A stretch of 64,000 nucleotides of DNA from a virus, in IMG/VR virus record IMGVR_UViG_3300027971_000028, positions 32,001-96,000 of that record; one strand, written 5' to 3'. The translations under genes and the position numbers were made by a program. Under the pieces are notes generated by a model that made no database searches, was not told the origin of the DNA, and saw only the letters and a list, made by a program, of their open reading frames with translations. This document shows positions 1 to 9,603 of this stretch, piece after piece (position 1 is the first letter of the stretch; each line of letters opens with the position of its first letter).

Positions 1-28
1 TTTAGCGGGAAGGAACTAGGAGATAAAA

Positions 29-805
29 ATGGCTATAGAAATATTTAGAGCATACGTAAACTCTGACCTGCCTATTCAAGATGGAGATCATATATTTTCC
101 ATTATTGCTTCTGATGCTGATGTTGCTTTTGCTGCACCACAAGAAGTTATAGATTCATACGGTCTTACTCAAGAAAGAATTGATATGGCAAAAAATTTAT
201 ACACTGCTTCTGATGTAGAACTACCTACAACACCAACGGACTGGGCGATACTGGCTTCAACAAATATGAGTCAAATTTCTGTTATTCCTTTTGATGTATC
301 AGAGCCTTACGACACTATTGAGCAAGCAGTTACTGATGAGACTAGTGATGCTCAAGATGCGTTAGAGATAAGAAATGAAAATCAATCAGTAGAACCTGTA
401 ACTGCTGCTGTATCAGATGCTTGTCCTCCTGCAACACAAGATATACCAACTAACCTTGCAAACCGCGAGAAGGCAATTAAAGATGCTGCTTATGGCCCAC
501 TAAATCCAGCAGAACCAAATGAAGAATTCTGGCAAGAAAAAGCAACACGCTGGTCTGTAACAATAGATGAAGCAAAGAAGTCACGTTGCGGAAACTGCGT
601 AATGTTTATTAGAACTACTAAAATGAAAGACTGCATTGCTCAAGGCATTGAGCAAGGTGGATCAAGTGAAAATAACGCTTGGGATGCTGTAGATGCTGCT
701 GAACTTGGTTACTGCGAAGCATTTGATTTTAAATGCGCCGCTTCCAGGACTTGTAACGCTTGGGTTGCAGGTGGTCCAATTGATGACTCTAAGGCAAAGG
801 AGTAG
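29..805 (+). CDS. Hypothetical head-module protein with Cys-rich C-terminal domain
   Basis: 258-aa ORF with SD-like GGAGA upstream; C-terminus has CGNC...C...FKC...RTC; lies upstream of the protease/capsid genes. Confidence 0.75.
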   Translation: MAIEIFRAYVNSDLPIQDGDHIFSIIASDADVAFAAPQEVIDSYGLTQERIDMAKNLYTASDVELPTTPTDWAILASTNMSQISVIPFDVSEPYDTIEQAVTDETSDAQDALEIRNENQSVEPVTAAVSDACPPATQDIPTNLANREKAIKDAAYGPLNPAEPNEEFWQEKATRWSVTIDEAKKSRCGNCVMFIRTTKMKDCIAQGIEQGGSSENNAWDAVDAAELGYCEAFDFKCAASRTCNAWVAGGPIDDSKAKE

Positions 806-807
806 TT

Positions 808-1092
808 ATGGCTTTCACACCAGATAAACCAGAAAACATTTCAGATTTGTATGCACTGATTGATACAGAATTTGATGAGGTAGTAGTAGTAATTTACGAG
901 TCAGATGAAGGCACTTTCTACAGACAGAATGGTGACTGGATTGAGCTATCTGACGAGGATGACCACTTTGATTTTGATGGTTTAATGGTCATATATGTTG
1001 ACCCCGCCTTTATAGCCGTATACGACGAAGCCGAAGGTTCCAGCGAGGCTATTGGAATAAACGAACTAAAAGAGTACGAGTCAGCGAAGTAA
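808..1092 (+). CDS. Small acidic hypothetical protein
   Basis: 94-aa ORF starting 2 nt after the previous stop, D/E-rich, with GGAG upstream. Confidence 0.75.
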   Translation: MAFTPDKPENISDLYALIDTEFDEVVVVIYESDEGTFYRQNGDWIELSDEDDHFDFDGLMVIYVDPAFIAVYDEAEGSSEAIGINELKEYESAK

Positions 1093-1109
1093 AAGAGACG
1101 GAGTTTAAG

Positions 1110-4100
1110 TTGCAATTTATAGGTCGTAGTGGGAATAACGCCTTATTTGTGCTTGAAAACAAGGCTGTAGTTGTAGACGAAAAAAGAAACTTAGTTTCTT
1201 CTATTGACTATGCAGATGCGCTCACTGCTTCTTTCACTCCTGATGATAACCAAGAGAATCCATCTTCTGTTACTTACGAGTTAGCAACCGCTGCAATATC
1301 AGATTTAGACATAAAGATTTTTTCAAATAATGACCGTTTATACACAATTCCAAAATCAGTTCAGTCAGAGGCAAAACGTGCCTTAGAGTGGCGTAAAAAG
1401 CATGATCGCGGTGGCACATCGGTAGGTTTAAATACTGCTAGAACTCTTGCTCGTGGTGGTCAAATTGGTATTAGAAAAATTCGTCACATCGCTAAGTACT
1501 TCCCTCGTCATCAAGTAGATAAAAAAGGAAAAGGCTACGAGCCTTCAGAACCTGGCTATCCTTCAAATGGACGCATCGCTTGGGCTCTTTGGGGTGGAGA
1601 TGCTGCTGAACGCTGGGCCAGTGCAATAGTTGCCCGTGAAAATAAGAAGGCTCAGGCAAACTCAATTACTGCTTCATATAAATTTGTTATGGCCGACTAT
1701 GAGTCTCCAGAAAAGGTAGAACTTAACTCTTTTATAGAGTCAGAGATGTTGCCAGAAGATATGGCTCCTCAGTTCTTTATTCGTATTCGTTTAGATGGTA
1801 CTGGCATTGATCGCTTATATAAAGTAAATACAGACGGATCAGTCTTTGTTTGGGACGATGCAATGTGGGAAGATCTTGGAAATATTAACTATGATTTTCA
1901 CACTTACGATAAAAGCCTCGATGATCCCTATGACATGGTTGAGAAAATACATGTTCCTGTAGACACAGAAACTGCAATTATTGTTTCAGGAAACTTAGAC
2001 TCTAATCCTATGAAATCAATTTCTATATCTCAAATTAATCAAGAAGAGTCTGACATATTTGTAGATGAGATGGATAAAATTGATTGGGATTTAATTAATG
2101 AGATTTCTTATGATGAAAATATGTATAGCGAGTATGAGGAGTTTTCAGACTCTTCTTTAACTGCTGCCACTGCTCCGACAGCAGGAACTCCTGTAACTAA
2201 TCAAGATGGAAATTACACTCCAGAAGAGCGCTCTCAGAAAGCACGTTCTCAGGTAAGAGATGCTATAGGTAAGTTTGCCAAGTCTGGTGGACGAGTTGTT
2301 ATTGGTAAAAAGCCAGAGTATTCAGGAACTATTGAATCTATTAACCCTGCTACTCAAAGCGTTAAGGTTAAGTTAGATAATGGAAATTATGTTGATGTTC
2401 CTGCTAATACTACAGAGCCTGCAGATACTTTTAAACCACTTCCACAAGAAAAAACTTTAACATCTACTAAGCAACTTACTAAAGGAATTTTAGGAGAGCC
2501 TAGAGTTCCTATTGATTCCCCTAATGCCACTCTTCCTGGAAAACTTCCTCAATTAAACACTGCTCAAGTTCAAACAATATTAAATGACCTTCCAGCATGG
2601 AGCACTGATCAAAGATTAAAAGCATCTTCTCCTAGCGCTCCTACGGCTGTTAGCACAGAAACAAAAACTCCTAATGCTTATAACGATCCAAGTTTAAGAA
2701 AGTTTTTAGAGAAAAAAGTTGTAGTAAATGGAGAAACCACTTATCCTAATTCAATTTGGTATCAACCAAAAGTAGATCCTTCTTCAATAGAAGGCTACAA
2801 ACCAACTAAAGACTTAACTCCTTCCCCTGGATTAAAAGTTCCACCTGCTTTTCGACAACCTGCTAAAGGTCTTACCTCTGCTGCATCTGTAGCATTAACG
2901 CCAGATACTTCAGATGTTCCACCAATTTATATGGCAATTGTTTCACCTGATGATCCTCAAGCGGTAATGGAATTAGTTTCATTAATACCTACTAGTAAAG
3001 ACTCTGTTGTAACTTCTACATGGAAGCGTAAGCCAGGAGTATGGGAAAAAGATGACTCAATTCTTTCTGATTTAAAGAGTCCTACACCTCCACCAGTTGT
3101 TGTCTTAGATGATGACACCTTAAAAATAGTTTTGGATCAAATAGATTCAGCTGCTAAAACTGCATCTGCATATATTACAGATTCAATAATTTCTTCCTTA
3201 ATTGCTGCTGGAGGAATTGACCGTAACAAAGGAAATGCTGAAAAACTTCGTCGTTATTGGTTATATGGAAAAGGTGCAGCAAAAATTCGTTGGAATACCG
3301 CAGGTGATTGGACCCGCTGCGTTCGCCAACTTTCAAAATACATGGGTCCTCGAGCAAAAGGCTACTGTGCATTGCGTCATAAAGAAGCAACTGGCATGTG
3401 GACTGGAGATAAGGAGCATCGTCAACTTTATGGCAAAAAAGGAATTAGAGCAGACGCGTTTAGCACAGATTTTATACTTCCTTCTGAAGCCATACTCGAA
3501 GCAACCTCTCTTAAAGCAAGAGCAGCGGATGCCAGAAACAGAGTTGTCTTAGCAGGAGCAGAGATAGAAGATTTTAAAGGAGCAGAGTTTGTTATTCCTT
3601 TAGTTATCCCAGAAGACATAGAGTCTGGAGATGGTCGTAAGTTTGAAAAAGGCGCTATTACTATGCGTGAACTTCCTCTTCCATTTTTATGGCAAATTAA
3701 GACTGGCGAGGGTCATTCTGGATCAGTTGTAATTGGAACAATTATTCAGATGGAAAGAGTAGAACAAGGTATTGGAAATGCCAGAGGATATTTTGATACT
3801 GGAGAATACGGAAAAGAAGCGGAAAGATTAGTTCGTGGAGGCTTCATCCGTGGAGTTTCTGCTGATATGGACATGTTTGAAGCAGATGAAGAAAAAGAAA
3901 ATGCTGAAAATGACTCTAACAAAAAAGTTGGAGCAGGTAAAATGAACATAACTAAGGCAAGGGTTATGGCTGTAACTCTTGTCCCCAAGCCCGCTTTTCA
4001 GGAATGTCGAGTAGAACTCGCAGACCAAAGCGGAGAAATGCAGGAGGAAGAAGTGATATCTGATGGAGTGTATGTCGAAGGATTAAATCCTTTAGACGCA

Positions 4101-6302
4101 TCAGCGTTAGTAGCGTGTGGAATTGTGGCTGGGTCAATACCAGTTACTCCACCGAAAGATTGGTTTGCTAACCCAAAATTAAAAAAACCAACCGCACTAA
4201 CAGTAACTGATGAAGGTCAAGTGTATGGTCACATTGCTGCATGGCATGTAGATCATATTGGAATGTCTTATGGAACTCGTCCTCCTCGGAGTAAGAGCAG
4301 TTATGCATACTTCCACACTGGTGCTGTACGTGCTGACGATGGAACAGATGTTCCAGTTGGACAATTAACTTTAGCTGGAGGACATGCTTCTCTTGAAGCA
4401 AGTGCTTCAGAAGCAGTTCGTCATTATGACGACACAGCATCTGCAGTAGCAGATGTACATGCTGGAGAAGATGCTTATGGTATCTGGGTATCAGGAGCAC
4501 TTCGCCCTGGCACAACTCCAGAACAAATTCGTGCTCTACGTGCCTCTGCTCCGTCAGGAGATTGGAGACCGATTAAAGGTGCTTTAGAGCTTGTAGCAAT
4601 TTGTCAGGTAAATGTTCCTGGCTTCCCAATTGCTCGTGCTCGTGTTGCATCAGGTCAAGTTATGGCACTTGTTGCTGCTGGTGCAAGCGTTCTTGCTCAA
4701 CTAAAGAACGATCCTTTAGCAGAGTTACATACTCGAATTGATAAACTAGAAGCACCATTAATTGCGGCTAGTAATAGTGCTAAAGATAGAATGAGAACAA
4801 TTACTGCTGCTATTAAAGCATCTGAATTATCTAATAGAGTAAATAAGATGAAAGAAGAATCTTCTTCTTATATGCTTCAAAGTATTGATAACTCAGATTC
4901 AGAGTTAGCAGTCATTACTCGCAAACAACGTATGGAATTAGCAAAAGATAAAAAAGCACTTCCAGATGGGTCATTCCCAATTAGAAATGTTTCTGATCTA
5001 AAAAATGCTGTTCATGCATATGGACGTGCTAAGCCAGGAAATCGTGGTTTGGTTCGCCGTCATATTGTAAAGATGGCTCGTCAGTTAGATCGAAAAGATC
5101 TAATTCCAGAGAACTGGAAAGAAGCATCCGTAAACGATACAGATAGTATTGCTGCTAGTTTAAGAGCAAGAATCTCTATTGTTGAATCAGTTGTTGCCGC
5201 TGGCGGTTTGGATCGTAACCGGGGAAACGCTGAAACGCTTCGTCGCTACTGGACAAGAGGCGAAGGAGCTGCAAAAATCCGTTGGGGAGCACCTGGTGAC
5301 TGGAGTAGATGCGTAAAGCATTTAGCAAAGTATCTAGGTCCTCGTGCTAAGGGTTACTGTCAACTACGTCATAAAGATGCTTTAGGTATTTACACTGCAA
5401 CACATGCTAAGCGTGATAGAGCTAAGAATAATTCTGTAGAAGAATTTTCTAGTGATTACATGCCAGAGACAATGGAGCAGATGGAGATTCCACAGGATCA
5501 ACTACAAATGCCTGTAAGCAAAATTATTCAACAACCAGATGATCTATATGACGCTCAATGGGAGCCAGAAGATATGATTGTTGTCATTTTAAATGAAATG
5601 GGAGAGGCTTCAGAAGCAGATTTTTTAGCCAATTCTGAAACATTTGCTGAAAAAGATCCTTATGTAGTAGATCAAAGTGAGCCTGTTGGTACACCTGATT
5701 TAACAAAAGAAGATCTAAAAGGTCTTACAGATGAAGAAACAGATATACTAAAAAAAGAAGTTAAGAGTAAGCAAGACGCAGAAAAGTCTAGAGCTAAATA
5801 CACACCTAAAACCCAACCCCGTGATGCCACAGGGAAGTTTCGACAAGTGCTTGCTCGGTTGAAACTGGACCTAGGTGATGCTGGATCAGATGCTGCATTA
5901 AAGAAGATTGAAGAGGTTGATAATCTAGATAATGCTGGTAACTACGCTGAAGCAGCCAAGGCTGCTGGCGATTTGCTAGATATTGTAGATAGATTAGATA
6001 CAGGAGCACTTAACGCTGAGGCTATAGGCAATGTTAGAAACAGTGCTGGAGAATTAGGCAAGGTTATTGCTAACCTACCTTTTGCCTTTGGAGAAGATGC
6101 TCAGAAGATCAGATTTAGTGATGTACCACCTGCCCTACAGGATCTAATGGAAAAAATGATCACTAGGGTTGAGAATAAAATTGGTCAAAAAGACGCAGAT
6201 ATTGCTACTAAAGGTATGAAGGACTTTATGTCAGGTCAAGAGGTCTACAGCCAGAGCGAGATATCTAGTCAAATGTCTAAGTTACTTAGACTACTTACCT
6301 AA
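1110..6302 (+). CDS. Giant multidomain capsid maturation (prohead) protease-containing protein
   Basis: 1730 aa directly upstream of the MCP. Protease-like segment (IPEDIESGDGR..ELPLP..GHSGSVVIG..GKEAERLVRGGFIRGVSADMD), a second actinophage protease-associated domain (GQVYGHIAAW..YAYFHTG..GGHA..GEDAYGIWV), an ALPDGSFPI module and a duplicated ~68-aa repeat. Confidence 0.8.
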   Translation: MQFIGRSGNNALFVLENKAVVVDEKRNLVSSIDYADALTASFTPDDNQENPSSVTYELATAAISDLDIKIFSNNDRLYTIPKSVQSEAKRALEWRKKHDRGGTSVGLNTARTLARGGQIGIRKIRHIAKYFPRHQVDKKGKGYEPSEPGYPSNGRIAWALWGGDAAERWASAIVARENKKAQANSITASYKFVMADYESPEKVELNSFIESEMLPEDMAPQFFIRIRLDGTGIDRLYKVNTDGSVFVWDDAMWEDLGNINYDFHTYDKSLDDPYDMVEKIHVPVDTETAIIVSGNLDSNPMKSISISQINQEESDIFVDEMDKIDWDLINEISYDENMYSEYEEFSDSSLTAATAPTAGTPVTNQDGNYTPEERSQKARSQVRDAIGKFAKSGGRVVIGKKPEYSGTIESINPATQSVKVKLDNGNYVDVPANTTEPADTFKPLPQEKTLTSTKQLTKGILGEPRVPIDSPNATLPGKLPQLNTAQVQTILNDLPAWSTDQRLKASSPSAPTAVSTETKTPNAYNDPSLRKFLEKKVVVNGETTYPNSIWYQPKVDPSSIEGYKPTKDLTPSPGLKVPPAFRQPAKGLTSAASVALTPDTSDVPPIYMAIVSPDDPQAVMELVSLIPTSKDSVVTSTWKRKPGVWEKDDSILSDLKSPTPPPVVVLDDDTLKIVLDQIDSAAKTASAYITDSIISSLIAAGGIDRNKGNAEKLRRYWLYGKGAAKIRWNTAGDWTRCVRQLSKYMGPRAKGYCALRHKEATGMWTGDKEHRQLYGKKGIRADAFSTDFILPSEAILEATSLKARAADARNRVVLAGAEIEDFKGAEFVIPLVIPEDIESGDGRKFEKGAITMRELPLPFLWQIKTGEGHSGSVVIGTIIQMERVEQGIGNARGYFDTGEYGKEAERLVRGGFIRGVSADMDMFEADEEKENAENDSNKKVGAGKMNITKARVMAVTLVPKPAFQECRVELADQSGEMQEEEVISDGVYVEGLNPLDASALVACGIVAGSIPVTPPKDWFANPKLKKPTALTVTDEGQVYGHIAAWHVDHIGMSYGTRPPRSKSSYAYFHTGAVRADDGTDVPVGQLTLAGGHASLEASASEAVRHYDDTASAVADVHAGEDAYGIWVSGALRPGTTPEQIRALRASAPSGDWRPIKGALELVAICQVNVPGFPIARARVASGQVMALVAAGASVLAQLKNDPLAELHTRIDKLEAPLIAASNSAKDRMRTITAAIKASELSNRVNKMKEESSSYMLQSIDNSDSELAVITRKQRMELAKDKKALPDGSFPIRNVSDLKNAVHAYGRAKPGNRGLVRRHIVKMARQLDRKDLIPENWKEASVNDTDSIAASLRARISIVESVVAAGGLDRNRGNAETLRRYWTRGEGAAKIRWGAPGDWSRCVKHLAKYLGPRAKGYCQLRHKDALGIYTATHAKRDRAKNNSVEEFSSDYMPETMEQMEIPQDQLQMPVSKIIQQPDDLYDAQWEPEDMIVVILNEMGEASEADFLANSETFAEKDPYVVDQSEPVGTPDLTKEDLKGLTDEETDILKKEVKSKQDAEKSRAKYTPKTQPRDATGKFRQVLARLKLDLGDAGSDAALKKIEEVDNLDNAGNYAEAAKAAGDLLDIVDRLDTGALNAEAIGNVRNSAGELGKVIANLPFAFGEDAQKIRFSDVPPALQDLMEKMITRVENKIGQKDADIATKGMKDFMSGQEVYSQSEISSQMSKLLRLLT
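3204..5400 (+). repeat. Two copies of a ~68-aa domain (approx. 3204-3408 and 5196-5400) in the protease polyprotein
   Basis: AAGGIDRNKGNAEKLRRYW..GAAKIRW..GDW.RCV..L.KY.GPRAKGYC.LRHK occurs twice in the translation. Confidence 0.9.
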
Positions 6303-6365
6303 TCGGTAAAAACAGTACAAAAAAGAAAATCACACTATAAGAACTAATGTAGTATTCAGTATTAG

Positions 6366-6466
6366 GTGGAGTGCCTCCACGCATCTATTGCGTCCGCGAG
6401 TCCCTCAGCCTCGACTGATCAGCGAGATGGGGAAAAGCCCTATCCTAACTGACCCTAAGGAGGGAC
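6366..6466 (+). promoter_or_regulatory. Structured 5' leader of the major capsid gene (multi-hairpin, abuts or occludes the SD)
   Basis: Stems: GTGGAG/CTCCAC (6366-6380), ACGCA/TGCGT (6379-6393), CTCG-CTG/CAG-CGAG (6410-6426), GATGGGG/CCCTATC (6426-6444), TCAG/CTGA, GTCCCT (6400-6405)/AGGGAC (6461-6466). GC-rich island in an AT-rich genome. Confidence 0.6.
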
Positions 6467-6470
6467 AGTA

Positions 6471-8609
6471 GTGGACCAAATCAAACAAATGATGGATCAG
6501 TTATCTGACATCACTGACGAACAAGTTAGTGAACTTCAGGCATCTATCCTCAGCGAATTTGAATCGGTCGAGAAGGAGGATCCTACTCCGCAGACAGTTG
6601 ACGCTATGACGTCACTTGCCGACATGCTCGATGGAGTTAGAAACGAAATCAAGCGTCGTGAGGTAGCAACTGTAGAACTTGCTCAAAAAGCAGCAGAAGC
6701 AACTAATCGCGTATACGGAAAAGAAGACGAAAATAAAGACATGGAAACTACTGAAGTTAAAGATGCTGCAATGCATGAAGAGGCTCCTGCCGCTCCTGCT
6801 GAAGAAGCACCTGTAACTGAAGAAGCACCTGTTTCTGAAACTCCTGCCCCAACCATGGAAGAGGAGAAAAAAATGGAAGATGCAGCAGCAATGCCTGCAG
6901 CTCCAGAAGTTACTCCAGAAGTAGAAGATGAAAAATCTCCTGCAGACATGGAAGAAGACAAAAAGGAAGAAAAGGAAATGGAAAAAACTATGACTGAAGC
7001 GTCAACCGAAGCAGATAAGAAATCTGAATTTTCGACTGAAGTTAAAGAAACAACTGAAGCAGCAGCAGCTGTGGAAGAGATAGTTGTTGCAGCTGTTGCA
7101 GAAGCACCAGCAACAACAACAACAGCAGAAGTACCAGTAGTAGCAGAAGCAGCAGTTGTAGAAGAGGTAGCAGTATCGCAAGATGCTCCTGCAGCTGAAG
7201 CAGCAGTTGTTGTTACTGAAGGTGCTGAAGCAGCAATCATTGAAACACCAACACAAACAGAAAATGTGCAAACAGCACAAGAAACTATGGAGGCACCCGT
7301 GACCGCCGCTGCAGATAACGCAGATAACCTCAACATCGAGGTACCGGCTGACCGTCGCCCAACATCTCGGACAACAGAAGCAGCCGTGGCAATCACTGCT
7401 GGTGCTGATATTCCTGGATATACAGCAGGCAGCTCAATTTCAAGCATGGCAGAAGTTGCAGAAGCAATGGCCAAGCGTCTACATGGCCTACGCCGTGTAA
7501 ATGGTGGAGATGGAGAACAACATATTGTTGCTTCTATTTCTACCCAATTTCCAGAGGCTCGCACCCTTAATCAGGATGCACAAGCTAACTGGGACAAAGT
7601 ACAAGCTGTAGTCGGACCTGAGGCACTTGTTGCTTCTGGTGGACATCAAGCACCTTTCGAGGTTAAGTACGATATCTTCGGTCTTGGCTCAGCAGTGCGC
7701 CCAGTCCGTGATTCTCTACCTCGTTTCCAAGCAGACCGTGGCGGTATCCGCTACATCACTCCACCAGTACTTAGCTCATATGCTAGCGCTGTTGGTGTAT
7801 GGACTGCTGCTAACGATTCAGCAGAAACACCAAGCCCAGCTTCAAAGTTGAGCTTAACTGTAGCCGCAGCTGCTGAGACAACTGTCTCAACTGATGCTGT
7901 TACTTTGCAACTACAATTCGGTAACCTTCTAAGCCGTGCATATCCTGAATTAATTGCTCGTCACAACGAACTTGGTTTAATTCAACATGCTCGCGAGGCT
8001 GAAGGAAATCTTATGGCAAAAATCGGTTCAGCATCAACAGCCGTTACTTCAACTTCCGTAATTGGAATGGGTCGTGACTTCCTAGTTCAACTAGGTCGCG
8101 CTGCTGCCGCTTACCGTGCACGTCATCGTCTAGATGCAGATGCTCCACTTCGCGCAATTATTCCAGCATGGATTAAAGACGCAATGGCAGCTGATCTAAC
8201 TTTAAATATGCCTGGAGATTCAACTCTAAATGCATATGCAGAGATTGATGGCTACATTGCAGCTCGCGGAATCAACGCTACATTTGCTCTAGATACTGCA
8301 GCAGGAGCTTCTCCTTTTGCAGCACAGAGCTCTGGCGCAATGAATGAGTTCCCAGATACATTCGTTTGGTACTTATTTGCTGAAGGATCATTCTTGTTCC
8401 TTGATGGTGGCACTTTGGATCTTGGAGTTATCCGTGATTCAACACTTGTCGGCACCAACGACTACAAGATGTTCGTTGAAACCTTTGAGAACGTTGCCCT
8501 TATCGGCGTCGAATCTCTACAGGTTACATCAACTATCAATGTAAACGGAGTAGCAGCCGCTCTTCGCGATACACTTGGTGGATTGACTGCAGCAACAATC
8601 GAGTACTAA
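6471..8609 (+). CDS. Major capsid protein with fused N-terminal acidic scaffold
   Basis: GTG start after AAGGAGGG; ~280-aa E/A/P-rich low-complexity N-terminus; C-terminal capsid-like region beginning ALVASGG..AP; followed by a strong hairpin. Confidence 0.85.
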   Translation: MDQIKQMMDQLSDITDEQVSELQASILSEFESVEKEDPTPQTVDAMTSLADMLDGVRNEIKRREVATVELAQKAAEATNRVYGKEDENKDMETTEVKDAAMHEEAPAAPAEEAPVTEEAPVSETPAPTMEEEKKMEDAAAMPAAPEVTPEVEDEKSPADMEEDKKEEKEMEKTMTEASTEADKKSEFSTEVKETTEAAAAVEEIVVAAVAEAPATTTTAEVPVVAEAAVVEEVAVSQDAPAAEAAVVVTEGAEAAIIETPTQTENVQTAQETMEAPVTAAADNADNLNIEVPADRRPTSRTTEAAVAITAGADIPGYTAGSSISSMAEVAEAMAKRLHGLRRVNGGDGEQHIVASISTQFPEARTLNQDAQANWDKVQAVVGPEALVASGGHQAPFEVKYDIFGLGSAVRPVRDSLPRFQADRGGIRYITPPVLSSYASAVGVWTAANDSAETPSPASKLSLTVAAAAETTVSTDAVTLQLQFGNLLSRAYPELIARHNELGLIQHAREAEGNLMAKIGSASTAVTSTSVIGMGRDFLVQLGRAAAAYRARHRLDADAPLRAIIPAWIKDAMAADLTLNMPGDSTLNAYAEIDGYIAARGINATFALDTAAGASPFAAQSSGAMNEFPDTFVWYLFAEGSFLFLDGGTLDLGVIRDSTLVGTNDYKMFVETFENVALIGVESLQVTSTINVNGVAAALRDTLGGLTAATIEY

Positions 8610-8629
8610 GCCGTAACCAATTTGTTGAA

Positions 8630-8653
8630 GGGGAGCCTAAAAATAGGCTCCCC
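8630..8653 (+). terminator. Perfect 10-bp hairpin after the capsid gene (no U-tract)
   Basis: GGGGAGCCTA-AAAA-TAGGCTCCCC. Confidence 0.7.
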
Positions 8654-8697
8654 CGATACAATAAACAAAAACTAGATTTAAGTTAGGAACAGAGAAC

Positions 8698-9564
8698 ATG
8701 GCTTTTACCGGAATATTTGAAGCTCCAAAGATCACACCTTCAGAGTTCGGTCTATTCACCGTAGCAAAGCCTGATACTAAGATAAAAGAAGATCAATGGA
8801 TTAGAGGATTCTCACAAGAGTGGGATACCAGTATTTATTCTACAAAAAACTGGGACGATACAGATACTACATCCGCTGTTATTGCCTCGAATGCAACACC
8901 TACGCGATACACTGAAATTAAACCATTTTTTATTGAAGCTGAAGATTATCGCTCAACATTAGGTTTTACTGGCTTTGACTATGTAGCAAGAGTTAAACGT
9001 CAACTTGAAGGAATAACACAGAAGTCAATTGAACGCGAGCTATGGGATGGAGCAGTTAGAAAAGGCGAATCCCACGAAAATAAAGCACTTAGTGCCGCAA
9101 GTGCAACACTTGTTAATGGAACTACAGCACTTTCTGTTCAACGTGCACTTGCATTACTTGACTATGAATTGTCTGATACTTCCCCTTGCGGAGAAAACGG
9201 TGTCATTCACATGACAAAGGATGTGGCTGGTCTTCTATCTGCTAACTATATGATTTTTGATAATAAAGAAAAAGGCCACCTTCAGACAGTTAGTGGAACT
9301 AAAATTATTGTTGGTTCTGGTTACACTGGAAATGGTCCAGATTCACAGACAGGCGCAACAGCGTCAGCGACAAACAAATGGATGTACGGCACTGGCACAA
9401 TCAAGACACTTATTGGTGATGTTGATGTCGTAGCTGACAATCTGGCTCAAAGCTATGATGTAGCGGGAAATCAAAATGATATGCGTATTAAGGCAATTCG
9501 CCCAGCGGCGGTTTACTTTGATACATCTATACATTTAGCAATCAGAGTTGATTTAACAGCGTAA
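8698..9564 (+). CDS. Virion structural protein (minor capsid or head-associated, uncertain)
   Basis: 288-aa ORF between the MCP and tail tube genes. Confidence 0.6.
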   Translation: MAFTGIFEAPKITPSEFGLFTVAKPDTKIKEDQWIRGFSQEWDTSIYSTKNWDDTDTTSAVIASNATPTRYTEIKPFFIEAEDYRSTLGFTGFDYVARVKRQLEGITQKSIERELWDGAVRKGESHENKALSAASATLVNGTTALSVQRALALLDYELSDTSPCGENGVIHMTKDVAGLLSANYMIFDNKEKGHLQTVSGTKIIVGSGYTGNGPDSQTGATASATNKWMYGTGTIKTLIGDVDVVADNLAQSYDVAGNQNDMRIKAIRPAAVYFDTSIHLAIRVDLTA

Positions 9565-9603
9565 AATAAGAACAAGTAAAAACCAACTAAAGGAGAAATC
9601 AGT

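Noticed and set aside
4042-4055. AGGAGG 5 nt before an in-frame GTG in the protease gene (possible internal start)
   Set aside because: Explicable by Gln-Glu-Glu-Glu codons; not supportable without conservation data
6683-7564. 293-aa minus-strand ORF (and nested 7002..7280)
   Set aside because: Antisense shadow of the low-complexity capsid scaffold; no SD and no independent protein features
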